The notes under the pieces: model-generated
Seen by the model: only the letters and a program-made list of their open reading frames with translations
Database searches by the model: none
What the model was told of the DNA's origin: nothing
Made by a program: the position numbers and the translations under genes
NCBI GenBank assembly: GCA_045578045.1
Contig: JAZNJM010000064.1
Location: forward strand, 9,695-73,694
DNA length: 64,000 nucleotides
Reading direction: 5' to 3'
From: Eubacteriales bacterium
GTDB taxonomy: Bacteria > Bacillota > Clostridia > Oscillospirales > CAG-382
In this document: one piece after another, positions 31,401 through 39,288 of the stretch
Layout: every line of letters begins with the position of its first letter
Position numbering within the stretch: position 1 is the stretch's first letter

Positions 31401-31944
31401 AAGAATTGCAACCAGACTCCTTAGCTTCGCACTCAGGGCAATGAGATTTCTCGCATTTAGTGCAAACAGAGTATCCCTGATTGTCAAGAAAAGCTGTAAT
31501 ACCACATTTTTCGCACTCGTACAAATAAATAGAGCCTGTGTAGTATTCCATCTCAATTGAATAAAATGCATCGCCTGGAGAGGTGATATTAAAAGAAATA
31601 TCCCCGTCATCACCAATAACAAGAGCGTTAGCAACAGCTTTTCCCTCAGAATCTTTGAAAAGATTGCTTTCAAAGAGATAGGAAGCGTCAGTATGCTCTT
31701 TATCGATTTTGTTAAAATCGACAGAAATTACATCATCGGCGTCTTTGATGTAGTTATACTTTTCCAGATAGTCAGGGTAAGTAACTTCTGTCAAAAGTTC
31801 TTTCATTTCTTCCAAGGAAGTACGATACATAGAATCCTCGGAAGCCTTGGCTGTTAAACCCATATCAGTAGGTTGCGCTATTAATACAATAAATAGCATC
31901 AATAACGTAAAAATTCTGACGGGCATAGAACGTTTTTTTGTCAT
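28468..31944 (-). CDS. Giant extracellular solute-binding-like protein: two CBM-like modules plus a C-terminal family-1 SBP domain
   Basis: Start MTKKRSMPVRIF behind GGAGG (the tracked ORF start at 32061 is an over-extension). Signal peptide. Two sandwich-like modules (FYSIEMEYY..., GFYNIVLRAKQD...). C-terminal SBP-like half (FPMLFYRKDIFAELGVEVPKTWDEL). Confidence 0.7.
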   Translation of the reverse strand: MTKKRSMPVRIFTLLMLFIVLIAQPTDMGLTAKASEDSMYRTSLEEMKELLTEVTYPDYLEKYNYIKDADDVISVDFNKIDKEHTDASYLFESNLFKDSEGKAVANALVIGDDGDISFNITSPGDAFYSIEMEYYTGSIYLYECEKCGITAFLDNQGYSVCTKCEKSHCPECEAKESGCNSSVTLVSSSKNSDIERAILIDSVVPYKEARSIEFTRKWIDVYTDTKGNHTYSDSKDFFDKTAGITPDRVFPQDTLGNEKKPQKQLIGEWMTDYFYDSTGYSSTPLKFYLSKGEHQITLKTLREPLVVKSITLKTAESAPTYEEYLNANEGKENNVKDGTSFKIQAEHSTYTSSKTIYQISNTSSVITEPWDASRIRFNEIGGDKWQYLGQWIEWRVDIPETGFYNIVLRAKQDIYAGMYVSRSISIDGVVPFEEAKNLQFNYSQEFIAKGLTDGETTFKFYLEKGVHSIRMEAVLGDMAYILSNVENSLNIINGYYRKILMVTGSEPDEFRDYGFETSMPEVLKGFKAQAELLTNISDELEKIIGYKGDHSVVLDKTAYILEQMGTRPTKVAGMLADLKAQIGSLGTWVTSTQAQPLDVDYILFQSTDAKLPDAEGGFFETLWGEVKRFIMSFFSDYTTIGSFTDNDEPVDESKSILVWTSASRDTAQIIRDLIDNDFAKKYPGINVEMKIVVGGSLLPSILAGTGPDVTFGLDSGTVINYSIRYAIKAVNNPDADSDDPELQKIGFNFTEAGMQKYKDDPVYSKFFDDVDSFEEVKKRFAEPATIPLTLYGVTYAIPEGMSFPMLFYRKDIFAELGVEVPKTWDELYDIIYTLDANKMDIGFPTGTGVSFTWMYQQGETLYNYGGKLADDGKTYYEHYMDEFGDKLEETRNTYQVTYNENNRPDFEYKYVKDNGDGTYTYTFPKTDGMSINLDCDISLASFKEACQLSTMYGFPVSYDFANRFRTGEMPLAWCDYSAYNQLIVFAPEINGLWEFTPMPGYLNQDGTITNTALAGVSGVVILKGCTDENAFSAWTFIQWWTSAQIQSDYGNELEALLGPSAKYGTANLEALYNMPWSKSEYDNLFAQFQDVTLMPDYPGGYIIARYCGFAFLSVYNDSADPVDTLRNYVEDINNEFDRKRKEFGLCTSGDFEDATFLD

Positions 31945-32464
31945 TCGCTTTTCCTCCTGGTAGCGTTTAAATGGGAATTGACCTGTATAAAAGTGTGGAT
32001 GAAGAATAAATTGAAATTTGTACTCTTTGCCACATTTTTTAACGATAGTATAATACCACAACGATAACTTTTTGTCAAGAGTGCATATAAATAAGAGAGT
32101 TTTAAGAATAATAATTTCGTATTTTGATAAACGTTATTTTTCAAATCGATTTTTAAACAAAAAAAGCATTGGGCATCTTAGGTAAATTTTAATAAATATA
32201 AATTTATTTACCAAATTTCAATTAATATATAAATTAACTTTATCATACCGTTTTAGCCTTTTAAAACGCATTTTAAAGACTTTATGCCAACTTTTTATAA
32301 TCATAAATTCTTAATATGTAAATTTTATATTCTTTTATTGTTTTATCAAAATTAATACATCAACGAAAAATCAATTGTTAAATGATAATTTTTCAAGGAT
32401 GTTTTTAAAGAACAAACCGATTATTTTGTATATATTGCACAATTTTGTGTTTCAAAATTCTACA

Positions 32465-32482
32465 TTGTGAAAAAAATCACAA
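32465..32482. promoter_or_regulatory. Rex/CRP-FNR-like palindrome
   Basis: TTGTGAAAAAAATCACAA differs from the Rex consensus TTGTGAAnnnnTTCACAA at one position. It lies about 520 nt upstream of the SBP start, so the target gene is unclear. Confidence 0.3.
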
Positions 32483-32561
32483 AACATTTGTTCGAGTGCT
32501 CTTTTCAATAATTTAAGTCATCTTTCTTTCATTTTATATTATTTTGTGATTATTTCTTGTT

Positions 32562-32597
32562 TTTTTATTTTTATTTTTATTTTTATTTTTATTTTTA
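32562..32597. repeat. (TTTTTA)6 microsatellite
   Basis: Six perfect hexamer units ending 3 nt before the stop codon (32601..32603) of the VanY-like gene. Confidence 0.9.
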
Positions 32598-32600
32598 TTA

Positions 32601-33644
32601 TTATGAATTAAATGCAGTTATAATAAACCCATTTGAATTATCTCCCGAAATATTATAAGACATTCCTTTAGGTACTTTTATTTCTGTTTTAGAAACGGTT
32701 TTATCAGCAGGAGAATAATATACTAAATATTCTTCATTCCCCGATATTATTTTCAAAGGCGAAGAATAAGATGTTTTTTCCAATAATTCTATATATTCTT
32801 CTAACGTAAGTTTATTAGAATACATATATTCAGCGTGAGGAATTCCAACATATCTGAAATGATTATCGTCCTTCACTTGTGTTATTTCACTTTTATCAGC
32901 GGGATATCTTAAAACAAAACCGTATCTATGTGCGTTTTCGATTAACCACGAATATTCGCCTTCTCCAATTTTTCCTCCAGAGGGATATAACATCAAATTG
33001 AAAGAAAGTCCAGTATGATGATCACTTTCACCCGCTTTAACCCCCCATTTTTGTGCTTCTTCGGCAGAAACACTTTTTATATATTTCTCATACTTCTGCT
33101 GTTGTTCTTCCTTGGTTATAAAACCATTTATCATAGTTACGTTTGTTTTTCCCGATAAATCATAAAAATCGCCTAAAAAATCGTTTGCCGAAAGGATTGT
33201 TTTCTCAAAAAGTTTTTCTTCTCCCGTTCCTAACTTATACTTTATTGTTTTCAGATCGTATACGTCAATAGCTTGTTCTTCTTCTGCAAACATATAATGA
33301 TTTTTTTTATTTACGAGAATAAGATCACCTTTATATACGGAAGAAGAATCAATTTCTATAATATCAAAATTTTCTTTTTCTTCTGAACTTTCTTCCGAGG
33401 TATCATTGCTTAATAAAACTTCTTCTGATTCAGATGACAGAAGGTCTATTATTTCATATCCTTCTTTCGAATTTTCTATGCTTCCGTTTGAAGATTCATT
33501 TTTGTTTTTTTTGCTTGAATTATCCGTAAAAAGCATAATGGCAACAGAAAACATTCCAACGATCAAGCAAACAATGAGTGCAGAATATTCTCTTATACCA
33601 AACTTTGTTTTGTCCATATATTCGCCATTCCGTTTTTTACTCAT
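32601..33644 (-). CDS. VanY / peptidase M15B-like D-alanyl-D-alanine carboxypeptidase, membrane-anchored
   Basis: N-terminal TM segment. SDHHTGLSFNL and GFVLRYPADK...HFRYVG motifs of M15B. Confidence 0.8.
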   Translation of the reverse strand: MSKKRNGEYMDKTKFGIREYSALIVCLIVGMFSVAIMLFTDNSSKKNKNESSNGSIENSKEGYEIIDLLSSESEEVLLSNDTSEESSEEKENFDIIEIDSSSVYKGDLILVNKKNHYMFAEEEQAIDVYDLKTIKYKLGTGEEKLFEKTILSANDFLGDFYDLSGKTNVTMINGFITKEEQQQKYEKYIKSVSAEEAQKWGVKAGESDHHTGLSFNLMLYPSGGKIGEGEYSWLIENAHRYGFVLRYPADKSEITQVKDDNHFRYVGIPHAEYMYSNKLTLEEYIELLEKTSYSSPLKIISGNEEYLVYYSPADKTVSKTEIKVPKGMSYNISGDNSNGFIITAFNS

Positions 33645-33694
33645 AATTCCCCCGTATAAAATACATAATAAATTAAATATAATTCGTCAATAGG

Positions 33695-33727
33695 CTGAAA
33701 GCCGGAGTTAAAAACTCCGACTTTCAG
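33695..33727 (-). terminator. Strong hairpin downstream of PFOR (terminator or RNA-stabilising stem)
   Basis: 15-bp arms ctgaaagccggagtt / aactccgactttcag with one mismatch. No clear U-tract on either strand. Confidence 0.45.
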
Positions 33728-33778
33728 AATCATAAATACTTAATTAAATCGTATTGTAATTTTGCTGTTAAACAATAA

Positions 33779-36700
33779 TTAGTTTAATTCAGCTTTTTTA
33801 ACAAGTTTTGCACGTTTTACTTTAGCTGCTTCTTCAGCCTTTGCAAAGAGTACAGTTGCTCTTTCTGGGAAGGACTGAGTAAGTCTTGCATAACGTGTTT
33901 CGGACTTAATAAAGTCAATATAGTTTGCAGTTGGTTCTTTGGAGTCGATAACGAGCTTCTGTTCTGCTTCTGGATTATATCTGAACATATTCCAGTATCC
34001 ACATTCAACAGCACGTTTCATTTCCTGCTGACAGTTCTGCATTCCGCCCTTAACACCATGCATTTCACAAGGTGCATAACCAATGATAAGAGAAGGTCCG
34101 TTGTATGCTTCTGCTTCGGAGAGAGCTTTGAGTGTCTGATTCATATCAGCACCCATAGCGATCTGAGCAACGTAAACGTAACCATAAGACATTGCAATTT
34201 CAGCAAGGTTCTTTTTGCCGATTGCTTTGCCAGCAGCAGCAAACTGTGCAACCTGACCGATGTTGGAAGCCTTGGAAGCCTGTCCGCCTGTGTTGGAGTA
34301 AACTTCAGTATCAAATACCATAACGTTTACGTTTTCACCACTTGCGAGAACGTGGTCAAGACCACCGAAACCGATATCGTATGCCCAACCATCGCCGCCG
34401 AAGATCCAAATGGATTTCTTGGAGAGGTAGTCTTTTTCTTCGAGGATAGCTTTGCAAAGTTCACAATCGCATCCGCTTATTGCTTTAACAAGAGCATCTG
34501 TTGCAACGCTGTTTGCTTTGCCATCGTCATATGTTTCAAGATATGCTTTTGCAGCTTCTTTAATTGCTTCAGGAGCATCTCCGTTTGCGAGCTGTTCTAC
34601 ATAACCTTTGAGTTTTTCTCTGAGAGCTTTCTGACCGAGAGCCATACCAAGACCGTGTTCAGCATTATCTTCAAAGAGGGAGTTTGCCCAAGCAGGACCT
34701 CTTCCTGATTCTCTGTTAACAGTGTATGGAGTTGCAGGTGCGGAGCCACCCCAAATTGATGAACAGCCAGTAGCGTTGGAAATATACATTCTTTCGCCGA
34801 AGAGCTGAGTTATAAGTCTTGCATAAGATGTTTCTGCACATCCAGCACAAGAGCCTGAGAACTCAAGGAGAGGCTGTTTAAACTGACTTCCTTTAACGGA
34901 AGTGTCAATGAATGGAAGGTCCTTAGAGGAAACGTTAGCAACTGCATAATCGAATGCTGCTTGTTGATCAAGCTGACTTTCCTGACTTGTCATTTCGAGA
35001 GCGCGTTTTCCTTCTTTTGTTGGACACGCTTTTACGCAAAGAGTACATCCCATACAGTCAAGAGGAGAAATTGCCATAGTAAATTTAAGAGTTTCACAGC
35101 CTTTGCCGAGCATCTTTGCAGTGAATTTTGTTGATGCGGGAGCAGCAGCAGCTTCTTCTTCGTTCATTGCGAAAGGACGAATTGCTGCGTGTGGGCAAAC
35201 GAATGCACACTGGTTACATTGGATACAGTTTTCTGCATGCCATACTGGAACATCAACTGCAACACCGCGTTTTTCGTATGCAGCAGAGCCTTGTGGGAAT
35301 GTACCGTCTACGCTATCCATAAATGCGGAAACAGGAAGGCTGTCTCCGTCCATTTTTCCAACGGGAACAACGATGTCTTTAACAAATTTAACGAGTTCGG
35401 GACGTGTTCCTTCAACTTTAGCAACGGGAGTTGTTTCTGTTATGTTCTTCCATCCCTCAGGAACGTCAACTTTAACAATAGCATCGATACCAGCATCGAT
35501 AGCGTTGTAGTTAAGCTGAACAACTTCTTCGCCCTTCTTGAGATATGACTTTTTAGCCATATATTTCATCTGTTCAACAGCTTTTTCAATTGGAAGAATA
35601 TCAGCAAGTTTGAAGAAAGCAGATTGGAGAATTGTATTTGTACGTTTGCCCATTCCGATTTCTTTTGCCTTATCGATAGCGTTGATGATGTAGAAGTTAA
35701 TATTATTATTTGCAATATATGCTTTTGTTTCAGGAGTCAAGTGTTTGTCAAGTTCTTCTGCTGTCCATTGGCAGTTAAGAAGGAACGTTCCGCCGGGTTT
35801 AACGTCCTGAACAATTTTATACCCCTTAACGATATAAGAAGGATTATGACAAGCTACAAAGTTTGCCTTGTTGATGTAGTATGGTGATTTAATAGCTTTA
35901 TCGCCGAAACGCAAGTGGGAAATTGTAATACCACCTGTTTTCTTTGAGTCATACTGGAAATATGCCTGAATGTATTTATCAGTATTGTCGCCGATGATTT
36001 TGATGGAGTTTTTGTTTGCACCAACAGTTCCGTCTCCGCCAAGTCCCCAGAATTTACAAGAAATTGTTCCTTCAGCAGCTGTATCAGGAGCTGGTTTTTC
36101 TTCAAGAGAAAGTCCTGTTACGTCATCAACGATACCAATGGTGAAATTATTCTTTGGAGCATCTTTTGCGAGATTATCATAAACAGCAAAGATGCTTGAA
36201 GGAGGTGTATCTTTAGATCCGAGACCGTAACGACCGCCAACTATAGTTGCTTTAACACCCATCTGTGCAAGAGCAGTAACAACGTCAAGGTAAAGAGGTT
36301 CGCCAAGAGAACCTGGTTCTTTTGTTCTGTCAAGAACAGCTATTTTCTTACAAGTTGCAGGAATTGCTTCTGCAAGTTTTGCAGCAACGAAAGGTCTGTA
36401 AAGACGAACTTTAATAAGACCAACTTTTTCGCCCGCAGCGTTCATATAGTCGATAACTTCTTCTGCCACATCGCAGATAGAGCCCATAGCTATAATAACT
36501 CTTTCTGCATCAGCAGCACCATAATAGTTAAAGAGCTTATAATCTGTTCCGCATTTTGCGTTTACTTTGTCCATATATTCTTCAACAATTGCTGGAAGTG
36601 CATCGTAATAACCGTTACATGCTTCTCTGTGCTGGAAGAATATATCACCGTTTTCAGCTGAACCACGAAGAACGGGATGTTCAGGATTAATTGCTCTTGC

Positions 36701-37312
36701 TCTGAATGCTTTAACTGCATCCATATCAACCATTTCTTTAAGATCATCATAATCCCATACTTCAATTTTCTGAATTTCGTGGGATGTTCTGAATCCATCG
36801 AAGAAGTTTACAAAAGGAACTCTACCTTTGATTGTTGCAAGGTGTGCAACTGCACCAAGGTCCATAACTTCCTGTGGGTTTGTATTTGCGAGCATAGCAA
36901 AGCCTGTCTGACGGCAAGCGTATACGTCGGAATGATCTCCGAAAATATTAAGTGCATGAGATGCTACGCAACGAGCTGAAACGTGAAATACTGATGGGAG
37001 CAATTCACCTGCAATCTTATACATATTAGGGATCATAAGAAGAAGTCCCTGAGATGCTGTATAAGTTGTGGTGAGAGCACCTGCTGCCAAAGAACCGTGA
37101 ACCGTACCTGCGGCACCAGCTTCTGATTGCATTTCAACAACGTTTACTGTTGTTCCGAAAATGTTTTTTCTACCTTGAGCAGACCAAATGTCTGTATAGT
37201 CTGCCATAGGGCTTGAAGGTGTGATGGGATAGATACCAGCTACTTCTGTGAACGCATATGATACGTGTGCAGCAGCGGTATTACCATCCATGGATAACTT
37301 TTGTCTTGCCAT
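33779..37312 (-). CDS. nifJ: Pyruvate:ferredoxin (flavodoxin) oxidoreductase
   Basis: 1177 aa. MDGNTAAAHVSYAF start, two ferredoxin-type CxxCxxCxxxCP motifs, and a GGDGWAYDIGFGG TPP-binding motif. Confidence 0.95.
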   Translation of the reverse strand: MARQKLSMDGNTAAAHVSYAFTEVAGIYPITPSSPMADYTDIWSAQGRKNIFGTTVNVVEMQSEAGAAGTVHGSLAAGALTTTYTASQGLLLMIPNMYKIAGELLPSVFHVSARCVASHALNIFGDHSDVYACRQTGFAMLANTNPQEVMDLGAVAHLATIKGRVPFVNFFDGFRTSHEIQKIEVWDYDDLKEMVDMDAVKAFRARAINPEHPVLRGSAENGDIFFQHREACNGYYDALPAIVEEYMDKVNAKCGTDYKLFNYYGAADAERVIIAMGSICDVAEEVIDYMNAAGEKVGLIKVRLYRPFVAAKLAEAIPATCKKIAVLDRTKEPGSLGEPLYLDVVTALAQMGVKATIVGGRYGLGSKDTPPSSIFAVYDNLAKDAPKNNFTIGIVDDVTGLSLEEKPAPDTAAEGTISCKFWGLGGDGTVGANKNSIKIIGDNTDKYIQAYFQYDSKKTGGITISHLRFGDKAIKSPYYINKANFVACHNPSYIVKGYKIVQDVKPGGTFLLNCQWTAEELDKHLTPETKAYIANNNINFYIINAIDKAKEIGMGKRTNTILQSAFFKLADILPIEKAVEQMKYMAKKSYLKKGEEVVQLNYNAIDAGIDAIVKVDVPEGWKNITETTPVAKVEGTRPELVKFVKDIVVPVGKMDGDSLPVSAFMDSVDGTFPQGSAAYEKRGVAVDVPVWHAENCIQCNQCAFVCPHAAIRPFAMNEEEAAAAPASTKFTAKMLGKGCETLKFTMAISPLDCMGCTLCVKACPTKEGKRALEMTSQESQLDQQAAFDYAVANVSSKDLPFIDTSVKGSQFKQPLLEFSGSCAGCAETSYARLITQLFGERMYISNATGCSSIWGGSAPATPYTVNRESGRGPAWANSLFEDNAEHGLGMALGQKALREKLKGYVEQLANGDAPEAIKEAAKAYLETYDDGKANSVATDALVKAISGCDCELCKAILEEKDYLSKKSIWIFGGDGWAYDIGFGGLDHVLASGENVNVMVFDTEVYSNTGGQASKASNIGQVAQFAAAGKAIGKKNLAEIAMSYGYVYVAQIAMGADMNQTLKALSEAEAYNGPSLIIGYAPCEMHGVKGGMQNCQQEMKRAVECGYWNMFRYNPEAEQKLVIDSKEPTANYIDFIKSETRYARLTQSFPERATVLFAKAEEAAKVKRAKLVKKAELN

Positions 37313-37518
37313 GTTTAGAATTTCCTCCTAAAAATTTATTTATACATTTCTGTTATTTTATAATATTCACTTTTGATTATATAGTTTTGATAAGCTATAT
37401 TAAAGCATTACCGTTTAAGTATAATTTAACCTCATTATAATTTGTGAATACTTATATCTACATAAATTACATATTAATTCAATGTATGAAACTAAAAAAT
37501 TAATTAAATTCTATAAAA

Positions 37519-38448
37519 TTATGCATTCTTTTTTCTCAATTCAAAATAAGGTTCGGGACTTTCATCCTCTTCTCCTTGTGGACCTGGTTTAATAAATTTT
37601 TCCATTGGAAAAACATATTTGGGAAGTTTTGCTTCTTCTGCACGCTTTGCCTCTTCTGCACGCTTTGCTTCTTCTGCAAGTTTTGCTTGTTCAGCAAGTC
37701 TTGCCTCTTCTGCACGTTTTGCCTGTTCTGCAAGTCTTACTTCTTCTGCAAGTTTTGCCTCTTTAGCATCTTTATCAGTCTTTTCTGCATTTATTACTTT
37801 TTGAGGTTCGTCTTCCGTTTCAATTATATAACTCGCTGTACTTGAAAATTCTCTTGTTTTAACTTTTTGTCCTTTACCCGATTTGCTGGAAACATCAACT
37901 GACACGGGTGTAGAATTTAACTTATCATAAATTTGTTGAGCAGCTGCTTTGACAGAATATGATAAATCCTTCTGATAAATAACGATAGCAGGCATATTCA
38001 TATCAAGATTATAAAGCACCGCATCCTGAACACTTTTTTTAGACGTTCTGATAAGGTGTTTTGGATTATCAACCTGAATACCTAAAATAGGTTTTTTGGA
38101 TGTACCAAAAATACGTATAGACGTAATTTTTCCTTTTTCAATAAATCCAACGCCTTTATCGGCAGTAACAAAATCGTATACACCATCCTCGGTAATAACG
38201 AGAGCAATTGATTTTGCAGCAATATAATATGTTTGATATGCTAAAGCCAAAAGAGAACAAAAAGCTCCCGTACCTCCTATTGCATAGCAAAGTACGTCAA
38301 ATCTGTTGTCAAGCTGTATAATTTTATGAAAAGGCATAAACAAAACAAAAAGGAACAAGCCGCAAAGTATAAGAAACAAAAACAAAAGTATCCACCTTTC
38401 AGCCGTCCTCTTTTTAATTATTGTAGATTTATTTTTTGAGAATTTCAT
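37519..38448 (-). CDS. Membrane protein with PH-like domain and Ala/Glu/Lys heptad-repeat tail
   Basis: Two N-terminal TM segments, a central beta-rich domain, and C-terminal AEEAKRA-type repeats. Confidence 0.6.
   Translation of the reverse strand: MKFSKNKSTIIKKRTAERWILLFLFLILCGLFLFVLFMPFHKIIQLDNRFDVLCYAIGGTGAFCSLLALAYQTYYIAAKSIALVITEDGVYDFVTADKGVGFIEKGKITSIRIFGTSKKPILGIQVDNPKHLIRTSKKSVQDAVLYNLDMNMPAIVIYQKDLSYSVKAAAQQIYDKLNSTPVSVDVSSKSGKGQKVKTREFSSTASYIIETEDEPQKVINAEKTDKDAKEAKLAEEVRLAEQAKRAEEARLAEQAKLAEEAKRAEEAKRAEEAKLPKYVFPMEKFIKPGPQGEEDESPEPYFELRKKNA
37624..37770 (-). repeat. 21-nt (7-aa) coding tandem repeats (A-E-E/Q-A-K/R-L/R-A)
   Basis: AKEAKLAEEVRLAEQAKRAEEARLAEQAKLAEEAKRAEEAKRAEEAKL. 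Spurious antisense ORFs arise here. Confidence 0.85.
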
Positions 38449-38515
38449 ATAACCCCTCCATCAGAATTTTAAAGAAATACAATCAATATTAAATTTGCAT
38501 CAATATCATATGGTT

Positions 38516-39220
38516 TTAGTTGGGAACATATTTAATTTCCTTGTATGAAGTATTATTATCATAAATAACAAACTTGTCGCTTTTTCCTAAAATAGGATTT
38601 ATAATTTCAAGAGTATATTTTTGACCTTTGGAAGTTTCGTCCGTTTCAAAATAAACATCCTCACCCGAAACAATAGCTTCGCTGACATTAAGATAATTTT
38701 CAGTAAGATCAATTTCAACTCCCGAAAAACAAACTCTCTCAAACTTATACGAACCTTTTGAAGTATTTATTCTATTGCAAACAAAAAATTCATTTCCTTT
38801 CTGGTCATACAAACGATATATCAAAGGAAAATCTTCAAATTCTCCGCTTACATGATTTTTTTCTAAATCAGTTATTTTTTTATTGTATTTAATTCCAAGT
38901 TCAATTTCTCCTGCAGTTTCAGCGTATACCACTTCTGAAATTGTTATAGTTCCGTAATACTCCATAAAATCTTTTGTGTTGATTTTATAGGTTTTAAAAT
39001 TATCGGGATCTTTTTTATATAGCTCAACCGCTTTTTCAGAAAAGGTTACATCATCAAGCAAAGATGCATCACAGCTTGAAAAAATTCTCGCAAAGCAAAT
39101 TATATACACTGCTAAAGAACAGAAAACCAAAAATCTGAAAAAAATCTTCTTTATTAATTTACTTTTACCCGAACCTTGTTCTTCCTCTTCATCGGGGAAA
39201 TGTTTTCCTTCAAAATCCAT
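38516..39220 (-). CDS. Hypothetical membrane-anchored protein
   Basis: Acidic N-terminus, one TM (FFRFLVFCSLAVYIICFARIF), extracytoplasmic domain. No recognised family. Confidence 0.55.
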   Translation of the reverse strand: MDFEGKHFPDEEEEQGSGKSKLIKKIFFRFLVFCSLAVYIICFARIFSSCDASLLDDVTFSEKAVELYKKDPDNFKTYKINTKDFMEYYGTITISEVVYAETAGEIELGIKYNKKITDLEKNHVSGEFEDFPLIYRLYDQKGNEFFVCNRINTSKGSYKFERVCFSGVEIDLTENYLNVSEAIVSGEDVYFETDETSKGQKYTLEIINPILGKSDKFVIYDNNTSYKEIKYVPN

Positions 39221-39288
39221 TTATATCCACCCAAAACACCGCAAAAAATTAAAAAGCATAAAAACAAGTTGCTATTAACAAACAGAAA

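Noticed and set aside
31945-32061. 39-codon N-terminal extension of the giant SBP ORF
   Set aside because: There is no RBS at 32061. The internal Met at 31944 has GGAGG 8 nt upstream and begins a proper signal peptide.
34058-35548. Several 64-216-aa plus-strand ORFs inside nifJ
   Set aside because: They are antisense to a highly conserved 1177-aa PFOR gene, have no RBSs, and show codon-mirror composition typical of shadow ORFs.
37576-37845. Plus-strand ORFs (61 and 89 aa) antisense to the heptad-repeat region
   Set aside because: They are a repeat-driven open frame with Cys/Phe/Leu low-complexity translation and no RBS.
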